From contig UYFQ01000717.1 in the NCBI GenBank assembly GCA_900617105.1, positions 1 through 43,320 of the forward strand: DNA of 43,320 bases. Reading direction: 5' to 3'. Of this stretch, positions 8,116-22,400 are shown piece after piece. The number at the start of each line of letters is the position of its first letter. The stretch's first letter is position 1. The position numbers were made by a program, and so were the translations under genes. This DNA is from Hydrurus foetidus (lineage: Eukaryota). A model generated the notes under the pieces. That model had not been told where the DNA came from and searched no databases. It was given only the letters and a program-made list of their open reading frames with translations.

Positions 8116-11100
8116 CTTAAATTTATTGAAGTTATTTTTTCATACCCAATTTCTTTATACTCTGTATCCTATCCTTAATACTTATAATGGATAATAACAA
8201 GTTTACAACAAAAAATCATTGTGAGATATTTGTCCGTATAAAATCTGTCACTTCGGTCTCTTAAATCTATTGAAGTTATTTTTTCATACCCAATTTCTTT
8301 ATACTCTGTATCCTATCCTTAATACTTATAATGGATAATAACAAGTTTACAACAAAAAATCATTGTCAGATATTTGTCCGTATAAAATCTGTCACTTCGG
8401 TCTCTTAAATTTATTGAAGTTATTTTTTCATACCCAATTTCTTTATACTCTGTATCCTATCCTTAATACTTATAATGGATAATAACAAGTTTACAACAAA
8501 AATCATTGTGAGATATTTGTCCGTATAAAATCTGTCACTTCGGTCTCTTAAATTTATTGAAGTTATTTTTTCATACCCAATTTCTTTATACTCTGTATCC
8601 TATCCTTAATACTTATAATGGATAATAACAAGTTTACAACAAAAAATCATTGTCAGATATTTGTCCGTATAAAATCTGTCACTTCGGTCTCTTAAATTTA
8701 TTGAAGTTATTTTTTCATACCCAATTTCTTTATACTCTGTATCCTATCCTTAATACTTATAATGGATAATAACAAGTTTACAACAAAAAATCATTGTCAG
8801 ATATTTGTCCGTATAAAATCTGTCACTTCGGTCTCTTAAATCTATTGAAGTTATTTTTTCATACCCAATTTCTTTATACTCTGTATCCTATCCTTAATAC
8901 TTATAATGGATAATAACAAGTTTACAACAAAAAATCATTGTCAGATATTTGTCCGTATAAAATCTGTCACTTCGGTCTCTTAAATTTATTGAAGTTATTT
9001 TTCATACCCAATTTCTTTATACTCTGTATCCTATCCTTAATACTTATAATGGATAATAACAAGTTTACAACAAAAATCATTGTCAGATATTTGTCCGTAT
9101 AAAATCTGTCACTTCGGTCTCTTAAATTTATTGAAGTTATTTTTTCATACCCAATTTCTTTATACTCTGTATCCTATCCTTAATACTTATAATGGATAAT
9201 AACAAGTTTACAACAAAAATCATTGTCAGATATTTGTCCGTATAAAATCTGTCACTTCGGTCTCTTAAATTTATTGAAGTTATTTTTCATACCCAATTTC
9301 TTTATACTCTGTATCCTATCCTTAATACTTATAATGGATAATAACAAGTTTACAACAAAAATCATTGTCAGATATTTGTCCGTATAAAATCTGTCACTTC
9401 GGTCTCTTAAATCTATTGAAGTTATTTTTTCATACCCAATTTCTTTATACTCTGTATCCTATCCTTAATACTTATAATGGATAATAACAAGTTTACAACA
9501 AAAAATCATTGTCAGATATTTGTCCGTATAAAATCTGTCACTTCGGTCTCTTAAATTTATTGAAGTTATTTTTTCATACCCAATTTCTTTATACTCTGTA
9601 TCCTATCCTTAATACTTATAATGGATAATAACAAGTTTACAACAAAAATCATTGTCAGATATTTGTCCGTATAAAATCTGTCACTTCGGTCTCTTAAATT
9701 TATTGAAGTTATTTTTCATACCCAATTTCTTTATACTCTGTATCCTATCCTTAATACTTATAATGGATAATAACAAGTTTACAACAAAAATCATTGTCAG
9801 ATATTTGTCCGTATAAAATCTGTCACTTCGGTCTCTTAAATTTATTGAAGTTATTTTTTCATACCCAATTTCTTTATACTCTGTATCCTATCCTTAATAC
9901 TTATAATGGATAATAACAAGTTTACAACAAAAATCATTGTCAGATATTTGTCCGTATAAAATCTGTCACTTCGGTCTCTTAAATTTATTGAAGTTATTTT
10001 TTCATACCCAATTTCTTTATACTCTGTATCCTATCCTTAATACTTATAATGGATAATAACAAGTTTACAACAAAAATCATTGTCAGATATTTGTCCGTAT
10101 AAAATCTGTCACTTCGGTCTCTTAAATTTATTGAAGTTATTTTTTCATACCCAATTTCTTTATACTCTGTATCCTATCCTTAATACTTATAATGGATAAT
10201 AACAAGTTTACAACAAAAAATCATTGTCAGATATTTGTCCGTATAAAATCTGTCACTTCGGTCTCTTAAATTTATTGAAGTTATTTTTTCATACCCAATT
10301 TCTTTATACTCTGTATCCTATCCTTAATACTTATAATGGATAATAACAAGTTTACAACAAAAAATCATTGTCAGATATTTGTCCGTATAAAATCTGTCAC
10401 TTCGGTCTCTTAAATTTATTGAAGTTATTTTTTCATACCCAATTTCTTTATACTCTGTATCCTATCCTTAATACTTATAATGGATAATAACAAGTTTACA
10501 ACAAAAAATCATTGTCAGATATTTGTCCGTATAAAATCTGTCACTTCGGTCTCTTAAATTTATTGAAGTTATTTTTTCATACCCAATTTCTTTATACTCT
10601 GTATCCTATCCTTAATACTTATAATGGATAATAACAAGTTTACAACAAAAATCATTGTGAGATATTTGTCCGTATAAAATCTGTCACTTCGGTCTCTTAA
10701 ATTTATTGAAGTTATTTTTCATACCCAATTTCTTTATACTCTGTATCCTATCCTTAATACTTATAATGGATAATAACAAGTTTACAACAAAAAATCATTG
10801 TCAGATATTTGTCCGTATAAAATCTGTCACTTCGGTCTCTTAAATCTATTGAAGTTATTTTTTCATACCCAATTTCTTTATACTCTGTATCCTATCCTTA
10901 ATACTTATAATGGATAATAACAAGTTTACAACAAAAAATCATTGTCAGATATTTGTCCGTATAAAATCTGTCACTTCGGTCTCTTAAATTTATTGAAGTT
11001 ATTTTTTCATACCCAATTTCTTTATACTCTGTATCCTATCCTTAATACTTATAATGGATAATAACAAGTTTACAACAAAAAATCATTGTCAGATATTTGT

Positions 11101-14100
11101 CCGTATAAAATCTGTCACTTCGGTCTCTTAAATTTATTGAAGTTATTTTTTCATACCCAATTTCTTTATACTCTGTATCCTATCCTTAATACTTATAATG
11201 GATAATAACAAGTTTACAACAAAAAATCATTGTCAGATATTTGTCCGTATAAAATCTGTCACTTCGGTCTCTTAAATTTATTGAAGTTATTTTTTCATAC
11301 CCAATTTCTTTATACTCTGTATCCTATCCTTAATACTTATAATGGATAATAACAAGTTTACAACAAAAATCATTGTCAGATATTTGTCCGTATAAAATCT
11401 GTCACTTCGGTCTCTTAAATTTATTGAAGTTATTTTTTCATACCCAATTTCTTTATACTCTGTATCCTATCCTTAATACTTATAATGGATAATAACAAGT
11501 TTACAACAAAAAATCATTGTCAGATATTTGTCCGTATAAAATCTGTCACTTCGGTCTCTTAAATTTATTGAAGTTATTTTTTCATACCCAATTTCTTTAT
11601 ACTCTGTATCCTATCCTTAATACTTATAATGGATAATAACAAGTTTACAACAAAAAATCATTGTCAGATATTTGTCCGTATAAAATCTGTCACTTCGGTC
11701 TCTTAAATTTATTGAAGTTATTTTTTCATACCCAATTTCTTTATACTCTGTATCCTATCCTTAATACTTATAATGGATAATAACAAGTTTACAACAAAAA
11801 ATCATTGTGAGATATTTGTCCGTATAAAATCTGTCACTTCGGTCTCTTAAATTTATTGAAGTTATTTTTTCATACCCAATTTCTTTATACTCTGTATCCT
11901 ATCCTTAATACTTATAATGGATAATAACAAGTTTACAACAAAAAATCATTGTCAGATATTTGTCCGTATAAAATCTGTCACTTCGGTCTCTTAAATTTAT
12001 TGAAGTTATTTTTCATACCCAATTTCTTTATACTCTGTATCCTATCCTTAATACTTATAATGGATAATAACAAGTTTACAACAAAAATCATTGTCAGATA
12101 TTTGTCCGTATAAAATCTGTCACTTCGGTCTCTTAAATTTATTGAAGTTATTTTTTCATACCCAATTTCTTTATACTCTGTATCCTATCCTTAATACTTA
12201 TAATGGATAATAACAAGTTTACAACAAAAATCATTGTCAGATATTTGTCCGTATAAAATCTGTCACTTCGGTCTCTTAAATTTATTGAAGTTATTTTTCA
12301 TACCCAATTTCTTTATACTCTGTATCCTATCCTTAATACTTATAATGGATAATAACAAGTTTACAACAAAAATCATTGTCAGATATTTGTCCGTATAAAA
12401 TCTGTCACTTCGGTCTCTTAAATTTATTGAAGTTATTTTTTCATACCCAATTTCTTTATACTCTGTATCCTATCCTTAATACTTATAATGGATAATAACA
12501 AGTTTACAACAAAAAATCATTGTCAGATATTTGTCCGTATAAAATCTGTCACTTCGGTCTCTTAAATTTATTGAAGTTATTTTTTCATACCCAATTTCTT
12601 TATACTCTGTATCCTATCCTTAATACTTATAATGGATAATAACAAGTTTACAACAAAAAATCATTGTCAGATATTTGTCCGTATAAAATCTGTCACTTCG
12701 GTCTCTTAAATTTATTGAAGTTATTTTTCATACCCAATTTCTTTATACTCTGTATCCTATCCTTAATACTTATAATGGATAATAACAAGTTTACAACAAA
12801 AAATCATTGTCAGATATTTGTCCGTATAAAATCTGTCACTTCGGTCTCTTAAATTTATTGAAGTTATTTTTTCATACCCAATTTCTTTATACTCTGTATC
12901 CTATCCTTAATACTTATAATGGATAATAACAAGTTTACAACAAAAAATCATTGTCAGATATTTGTCCGTATAAAATCTGTCACTTCGGTCTCTTAAATTT
13001 ATTGAAGTTATTTTTTCATACCCAATTTCTTTATACTCTGTATCCTATCCTTAATACTTATAATGGATAATAACAAGTTTACAACAAAAAATCATTGTCA
13101 GATATTTGTCCGTATAAAATCTGTCACTTCGGTCTCTTAAATTTATTGAAGTTATTTTTTCATACCCAATTTCTTTATACTCTGTATCCTATCCTTAATA
13201 CTTATAATGGATAATAACAAGTTTACAACAAAAATCATTGTCAGATATTTGTCCGTATAAAATCTGTCACTTCGGTCTCTTAAATTTATTGAAGTTATTT
13301 TTTCATACCCAATTTCTTTATACTCTGTATCCTATCCTTAATACTTATAATGGATAATAACAAGTTTACAACAAAAATCATTGTCAGATATTTGTCCGTA
13401 TAAAATCTGTCACTTCGGTCTCTTAAATTTATTGAAGTTATTTTTTCATACCCAATTTCTTTATACTCTGTATCCTATCCTTAATACTTATAATGGATAA
13501 TAACAAGTTTACAACAAAAAATCATTGTCAGATATTTGTCCGTATAAAATCTGTCACTTCGGTCTCTTAAATTTATTGAAGTTATTTTTCATACCCAATT
13601 TCTTTATACTCTGTATCCTATCCTTAATACTTATAATGGATAATAACAAGTTTACAACAAAAATCATTGTCAGATATTTGTCCGTATAAAATCTGTCACT
13701 TCGGTCTCTTAAATTTATTGAAGTTATTTTTCATACCCAATTTCTTTATACTCTGTATCCTATCCTTAATACTTATAATGGATAATAACAAGTTTACAAC
13801 AAAAATCATTGTGAGATATTTGTCCGTATAAAATCTGTCACTTCGGTCTCTTAAATTTATTGAAGTTATTTTTTCATACCCAATTTCTTTATACTCTGTA
13901 TCCTATCCTTAATACTTATAATGGATAATAACAAGTTTACAACAAAAATCATTGTCAGATATTTGTCCGTATAAAATCTGTCACTTCGGTCTCTTAAATT
14001 TATTGAAGTTATTTTTCATACCCAATTTCTTTATACTCTGTATCCTATCCTTAATACTTATAATGGATAATAACAAGTTTACAACAAAAATCATTGTCAG

Positions 14101-17100
14101 ATATTTGTCCGTATAAAATCTGTCACTTCGGTCTCTTAAATTTATTGAAGTTATTTTTCATACCCAATTTCTTTATACTCTGTATCCTATCCTTAATACT
14201 TATAATGGATAATAACAAGTTTACAACAAAAATCATTGTCAGATATTTGTCCGTATAAAATCTGTCACTTCGGTCTCTTAAATTTATTGAAGTTATTTTT
14301 TCATACCCAATTTCTTTATACTCTGTATCCTATCCTTAATACTTATAATGGATAATAACAAGTTTACAACAAAAAATCATTGTCAGATATTTGTCCGTAT
14401 AAAATCTGTCACTTCGGTCTCTTAAATTTATTGAAGTTATTTTTTCATACCCAATTTCTTTATACTCTGTATCCTATCCTTAATACTTATAATGGATAAT
14501 AACAAGTTTACAACAAAAAATCATTGTCAGATATTTGTCCGTATAAAATCTGTCACTTCGGTCTCTTAAATTTATTGAAGTTATTTTTCATACCCAATTT
14601 CTTTATACTCTGTATCCTATCCTTAATACTTATAATGGATAATAACAAGTTTACAACAAAAATCATTGTCAGATATTTGTCCGTATAAAATCTGTCACTT
14701 CGGTCTCTTAAATTTATTGAAGTTATTTTTTCATACCCAATTTCTTTATACTCTGTATCCTATCCTTAATACTTATAATGGATAATAACAAGTTTACAAC
14801 AAAAATCATTGTCAGATATTTGTCCGTATAAAATCTGTCACTTCGGTCTCTTAAATTTATTGAAGTTATTTTTTCATACCCAATTTCTTTATACTCTGTA
14901 TCCTATCCTTAATACTTATAATGGATAATAACAAGTTTACAACAAAAAATCATTGTCAGATATTTGTCCGTATAAAATCTGTCACTTCGGTCTCTTAAAT
15001 TTATTGAAGTTATTTTTTCATACCCAATTTCTTTATACTCTGTATCCTATCCTTAATACTTATAATGGATAATAACAAGTTTACAACAAAAAATCATTGT
15101 CAGATATTTGTCCGTATAAAATCTGTCACTTCGGTCTCTTAAATTTATTGAAGTTATTTTTTCATACCCAATTTCTTTATACTCTGTATCCTATCCTTAA
15201 TACTTATAATGGATAATAACAAGTTTACAACAAAAATCATTGTCAGATATTTGTCCGTATAAAATCTGTCACTTCGGTCTCTTAAATTTATTGAAGTTAT
15301 TTTTTCATACCCAATTTCTTTATACTCTGTATCCTATCCTTAATACTTATAATGGATAATAACAAGTTTACAACAAAAAATCATTGTCAGATATTTGTCC
15401 GTATAAAATCTGTCACTTCGGTCTCTTAAATTTATTGAAGTTATTTTTTCATACCCAATTTCTTTATACTCTGTATCCTATCCTTAATACTTATAATGGA
15501 TAATAACAAGTTTACAACAAAAAATCATTGTCAGATATTTGTCCGTATAAAATCTGTCACTTCGGTCTCTTAAATTTATTGAAGTTATTTTTTCATACCC
15601 AATTTCTTTATACTCTGTATCCTATCCTTAATACTTATAATGGATAATAACAAGTTTACAACAAAAATCATTGTCAGATATTTGTCCGTATAAAATCTGT
15701 CACTTCGGTCTCTTAAATTTATTGAAGTTATTTTTTCATACCCAATTTCTTTATACTCTGTATCCTATCCTTAATACTTATAATGGATAATAACAAGTTT
15801 ACAACAAAAAATCATTGTCAGATATTTGTCCGTATAAAATCTGTCACTTCGGTCTCTTAAATTTATTGAAGTTATTTTTTCATACCCAATTTCTTTATAC
15901 TCTGTATCCTATCCTTAATACTTATAATGGATAATAACAAGTTTACAACAAAAAATCATTGTCAGATATTTGTCCGTATAAAATCTGTCACTTCGGTCTC
16001 TTAAATTTATTGAAGTTATTTTTCATACCCAATTTCTTTATACTCTGTATCCTATCCTTAATACTTATAATGGATAATAACAAGTTTACAACAAAAATCA
16101 TTGTCAGATATTTGTCCGTATAAAATCTGTCACTTCGGTCTCTTAAATTTATTGAAGTTATTTTTTCATACCCAATTTCTTTATACTCTGTATCCTATCC
16201 TTAATACTTATAATGGATAATAACAAGTTTACAACAAAAAATCATTGTGAGATATTTGTCCGTATAAAATCTGTCACTTCGGTCTCTTAAATTTATTGAA
16301 GTTATTTTTTCATACCCAATTTCTTTATACTCTGTATCCTATCCTTAATACTTATAATGGATAATAACAAGTTTACAACAAAAATCATTGTCAGATATTT
16401 GTCCGTATAAAATCTGTCACTTCGGTCTCTTAAATTTATTGAAGTTATTTTTTCATACCCAATTTCTTTATACTCTGTATCCTATCCTTAATACTTATAA
16501 TGGATAATAACAAGTTTACAACAAAAAATCATTGTCAGATATTTGTCCGTATAAAATCTGTCACTTCGGTCTCTTAAATTTATTGAAGTTATTTTTCATA
16601 CCCAATTTCTTTATACTCTGTATCCTATCCTTAATACTTATAATGGATAATAACAAGTTTACAACAAAAATCATTGTCAGATATTTGTCCGTATAAAATC
16701 TGTCACTTCGGTCTCTTAAATTTATTGAAGTTATTTTTTCATACCCAATTTCTTTATACTCTGTATCCTATCCTTAATACTTATAATGGATAATAACAAG
16801 TTTACAACAAAAATCATTGTCAGATATTTGTCCGTATAAAATCTGTCACTTCGGTCTCTTAAATTTATTGAAGTTATTTTTCATACCCAATTTCTTTATA
16901 CTCTGTATCCTATCCTTAATACTTATAATGGATAATAACAAGTTTACAACAAAAATCATTGTCAGATATTTGTCCGTATAAAATCTGTCACTTCGGTCTC
17001 TTAAATTTATTGAAGTTATTTTTTCATACCCAATTTCTTTATACTCTGTATCCTATCCTTAATACTTATAATGGATAATAACAAGTTTACAACAAAAATC

Positions 17101-18629
17101 ATTGTCAGATATTTGTCCGTATAAAATCTGTCACTTCGGTCTCTTAAATTTATTGAAGTTATTTTTTCATACCCAATTTCTTTATACTCTGTATCCTATC
17201 CTTAATACTTATAATGGATAATAACAAGTTTACAACAAAAAATCATTGTCAGATATTTGTCCGTATAAAATCTGTCACTTCGGTCTCTTAAATTTATTGA
17301 AGTTATTTTTTCATACCCAATTTCTTTATACTCTGTATCCTATCCTTAATACTTATAATGGATAATAACAAGTTTACAACAAAAATCATTGTCAGATATT
17401 TGTCCGTATAAAATCTGTCACTTCGGTCTCTTAAATTTATTGAAGTTATTTTTTCATACCCAATTTCTTTATACTCTGTATCCTATCCTTAATACTTATA
17501 ATGGATAATAACAAGTTTACAACAAAAATCATTGTCAGATATTTGTCCGTATAAAATCTGTCACTTCGGTCTCTTAAATTTATTGAAGTTATTTTTTCAT
17601 ACCCAATTTCTTTATACTCTGTATCCTATCCTTAATACTTATAATGGATAATAACAAGTTTACAACAAAAATCATTGTCAGATATTTGTCCGTATAAAAT
17701 CTGTCACTTCGGTCTCTTAAATTTATTGAAGTTATTTTTTCATACCCAATTTCTTTATACTCTGTATCCTATCCTTAATACTTATAATGGATAATAACAA
17801 GTTTACAACAAAAATCATTGTCAGATATTTGTCCGTATAAAATCTGTCACTTCGGTCTCTTAAATTTATTGAAGTTATTTTTTCATACCCAATTTCTTTA
17901 TACTCTGTATCCTATCCTTAATACTTATAATGGATAATAACAAGTTTACAACAAAAATCATTGTCAGATATTTGTCCGTATAAAATCTGTCACTTCGGTC
18001 TCTTAAATTTATTGAAGTTATTTTTTCATACCCAATTTCTTTATACTCTGTATCCTATCCTTAATACTTATAATGGATAATAACAAGTTTACAACAAAAA
18101 ATCATTGTGAGATATTTGTCCGTATAAAATCTGTCACTTCGGTCTCTTAAATTTATTGAAGTTATTTTTTCATACCCAATTTCTTTATACTCTGTATCCT
18201 ATCCTTAATACTTATAATGGATAATAACAAGTTTACAACAAAAATCATTGTCAGATATTTGTCCGTATAAAATCTGTCACTTCGGTCTCTTAAATTTATT
18301 GAAGTTATTTTTCATACCCAATTTCTTTATACTCTGTATCCTATCCTTAATACTTATAATGGATAATAACAAGTTTACAACAAAAATCATTGTCAGATAT
18401 TTGTCCGTATAAAATCTGTCACTTCGGTCTCTTAAATTTATTGAAGTTATTTTTTCATACCCAATTTCTTTATACTCTGTATCCTATCCTTAATACTTAT
18501 AATGGATAATAACAAGTTTACAACAAAAAATCATTGTCAGATATTTGTCCGTATAAAATCTGTCACTTCGGTCTCTTAAATTTATTGAAGTTATTTTTTC
18601 ATACCCAATTTCTTTATACTCTGTATCCT
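8116..18629. repeat. Main satellite array, about 73 monomers of 142-144 bp, very homogeneous
   Basis: Period 144 (for example CATACC at 8141 and 8285). Variation is nearly limited to A5/A6 and T5/T6 homopolymers, GTCAG/GTGAG and AATTTATT/AATCTATT. Confidence 0.98.
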
Positions 18630-18890
18630 TTTAGCCTTATTGCATCCCTATATTGATACAATGTGTCTTGGTTTACTAGGTACAATAGGCTCATTACGCC
18701 CAGATTCCAGTTTAGGTCTTAGTTCCATATATGACGTGAGTGCTGTTAGCGTACAAATCACCTCCATCTATTAAACTGTAAGATATTAACATAAGTCTTT
18801 ACCTTCTCGACTTCGCCTTCGTTTGCCCACGCCTTCCGTCCTCCGCCTACTCCAACTTCGCCTCCCGTCCTAGGCCCCGCCGTCAGACCA
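18630..18890 (+). mobile_element. Solo LTR (261 bp) of the adjacent Gypsy chromovirus family
   Basis: Matches 19041-19301 and 24463-24723 with 3 private changes, including a TT instead of TG start. Flanked by duplicated TATCCT. Confidence 0.93.
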
Positions 18891-19040
18891 TATCCTATCC
18901 TTAATACTTATAATGGATAATAACAAGTTTACAACAAAAAATCATTGTGAGATATTTGTCCGTACAAAATCTGTCACTTCGGTCTCTTAAATTTATTGAA
19001 GTTATTTTTTCATACCCAATTTCTTTATACTCTGTATCCT
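18891..19040. repeat. Single satellite monomer plus duplicated target, between the solo LTR and the Gypsy 5' LTR
   Basis: 150 bp, equal to a 144-bp monomer (GTGAG variant) plus the 6-bp duplication. Confidence 0.93.
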
Positions 19041-19301
19041 TGTAGCCTTATTGCATCCCTATATGGATACAATGTGTCTAGGTTTACTAGGTACAATAGG
19101 CTCATTACGCCCAGATTCCAGTTTAGGTCTTAGTTCCATATATGACGTGAGTGCTGTTAGCGTACACATCACCTCCATCTATTAAACTGTAAGATATTAA
19201 CACAAGTCTTTACCTTCTCGACTTCGCCTTCGTTTGCCCACGCCTTCCGTCCTCCGCCTACTCCAACTTCGCCTCCCGTCCTAGGCCCCGCCGTCAGACC
19301 A
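19041..19301 (+). repeat. 5' LTR of the chromovirus
   Basis: Direct repeat of 24463-24723. Confidence 0.94.
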
Positions 19302-19407
19302 TAATATCGATATTCGGTCATCTACCGAAGTTTCCTCCGAGAAAGTTTTTCTCTTTTCCAACTTTTACCTTCGACTCTTTCCTAACTTTAACCATCGCGT
19401 CGAAGTT

Positions 19408-22400
19408 ATGGCGCTACGCCGTCAAGAAAAGAAGACATCCTCCATCAACGCCCTTCGACGAAAGCAGCAACCCCGTGCTGTAGCCGTCGCGTTCCGACAA
19501 CGCTATGACGAGCACCACAATCGTGGTGGAGACGCAGAGTCTCCTGGGCCACCTGCGGCTCAGGACCCCGCCGGCGACCTGTCTGCACCGATTCCTCAGC
19601 GGAATTCGGAGCCTGCGGTCATGTCTGTCGTTGATATTCCTGTCATTTCTGCGTTATCTGCATTGTCATTGCAACCAGCTTCGGCTGCGACACCAGCTAT
19701 TGCTGAGAATCCTATTCCAAGGACGATGGCACCACCCCAGCAATATGTGCAGACGGGTGAGAGAGCTCCTAAGTTGAGCGCCGTGCCCTCTCGTCAGGAA
19801 GTACTACGGGTAATGGAGGTCCTCCTTTCAAATGGAACTCCATTTAAACCAGTTGACGTAGTCCATGTTTCCAACCATCAATCGTTTACAACGCTTCTCA
19901 AGCGTAAGTTTGCGACTGATCCCGATCGTCGCGACTCCTGTAACAATTGGAAACATTGGTCGAATCAATTGTTCTGTAGAGAACTCAATCTCACAGTTCC
20001 TACATCAGCTGTCAATCGAACTGACAAGCTGAGTTTCATTGAAACTGTCTCTCAGGTCGCACTTCAATTCGACCTGAAGGATAAATCAGTGGAAGACAAG
20101 ACAGATCAGCTTTTAGCTGATATTGTTGATGGATTCCCTGATGCAACACCCGCTCTCCAACTTCAGGCAACTAAAATTCTCATCGATAAGTTGCCAGTCG
20201 AACCTATCAATTGGAGAGCAGTGTTACAGCGTAGTCTTAACAATACAACGCCAAGACTCATTACAATCGAAGACTTTCGATTCGTATGGCTTGCGCAGCT
20301 TGCTAAGCTACGAGAATCAATTGATGCCTTACGGTTCATTGATGTCTCTCCTTTGTATGGTGATAACTCTCGCCAAATCAAAGCTCCTCCTCGTTCCTCT
20401 CAGGACAAAATCAAAAAACGTCCACGAGAGAACGAGCAATCTGTGCAGTCAGACAAGTCTGACAAACATGAAAGACCTCTGTGCACAGGTTGTGGGAGAC
20501 TTGGCCATTTCGTCGCCACGTGTTTCTACACTACGTCTCCGTACTATAATAGTACTCAGACACCCTTCATTAACTCTGAGGGTCATAAGCAATTGTTGAA
20601 AGTTGATCCACAGGCTAAGTTTATTCCAACTTTACCTAAGACAACCTCTTCTTCATCGTCTTCCTCTTCTTCTTCTTCGTCAAAACCTGCTACTTCAACA
20701 GCAGACTCGACACACACTGCGAAGAAACACAAAGGTGAGCAACTATGCAACCTAAATTCATCATCTATTCTTTCCGATGATCCAGAACTTATTCCTTTCT
20801 TCATATCTCCCCTCTCACAGGAGGTTATGCTGGAAAAAAGTAATAGAGTCTTTACTCTCCTGGACACCGGCTCTTTTGCTGGCAACTTTATACATCGCCG
20901 CATTATAACTAATCATAATTTCACACAATTCGTTTCTAACTCTTCAAAGAAATTGTGTAAAGTTTGTAGTGGATTAGATAATCATTGTTATGATATTTCT
21001 GACACTATAGACTTAACTCTTTCTTATTTTTGCCCTGATTTAAATAATTATTATACTTTTCAAATCACGGCTTATGTTTTAAACGATTCAAAATTTGATC
21101 TAATAGTGGGACGAAAAACAATTCGCGAATTGAATTTGTTTTCACGATTCCCCGATCAGATATCTGCCAATGCTTCATCAAGCACAACCTCATTAGCGGA
21201 AGTTTTATCTTCTGAGCAGGTGGATATAACGTGTGGCTGTCAGCCTAAGGAGAATTTGCAACCCTCCGACGGCTCCCCAAAAGTCGATCCTTTAACCCAA
21301 AAGGTGAAACCGGCAGTAACCCAAACACACGTTATTCTAGCTTCACTAATACAAGAGTCTGAAAGACTTTTTGAGGCTGTGCCCCCTGATGAGGACGAAA
21401 TCGACGACTCGATCAAGGACTCGTTTTCACCTTGGATAGATGAATTTCCTGATACTGACCCACTCTCGCTAATAAACTTAGCAGGTGATGAAGATCAGAA
21501 AAATAAACTTCGTTTACTAGTACACGAATTCAAGGATATATTTAGCAGTGAACTTTCGGCCACTCCTGCTGATATTCCACCGTTTGACTTTAATGTCAAT
21601 GACGACCAATGGAAAGTCACTAAAAATAGACAACCTCCATGGTCTAAATCAACAGTTGATCAAGCTGACATTCTTAGTCAGATTAACAAACTTGAAAAAC
21701 ATAATATTGTTGAAAAATCAAACGCGGCTTATTATAGCCAAGTTTTATTAGTTCCAAAGTCTGATGGAACTAAGCGCATGTGTATAGATTTTCGGAATCT
21801 CAATAATTGTACCGAAGATAAATCACATCCTATTCCTCACATCGGTGAGATGTTGCGTCGAATAGGTGCACATAAAGCAAAAGTGTTTGCTGTACTTGAT
21901 CTCACTCAAGGTTACCATCAAGCACCACTCACACTTGCTGCACGCGCTTATACTGCATTCATACTATTCTGCGGAGTATATCAATTCACTCGTTTACCCT
22001 TTGGGCCAAAACAAGCTCCCTCCTATTTCCAACAGATTATGTCGACTGTTGTGTTAGCTGGGCTGATATACTCTATATGCGAAATGTATATCGATGATTG
22101 CAATGTTTTCGGTAAAGACATTGACGAACTCATTTCTAGACTTCGTCTTGTTTTTGAACGTTTTAGAAAACACAAAATATTCCTTAAACCGAATAAGTGT
22201 TATCTAGGCTATGCCGAAATAGACTATGTTGGCAAAGTTCTATCTGCGGATGGACTTAGAATGTCACAAGAAAAAATACGGACTGTCTTAGATTTTCCTA
22301 AACCAGTACTATCTAAACAACTTAAAAGTTTTTTAGGATTGGTTAATTATTTTCACGACTTTGTTAGAAACGCTTCTACTGTTGTATACCCGTTACATCA

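Noticed and set aside
8116..18629. CRISPR array
   Set aside because: The whole 144-bp unit is repeated with no unique spacers, there are no cas genes, and the context is eukaryotic.
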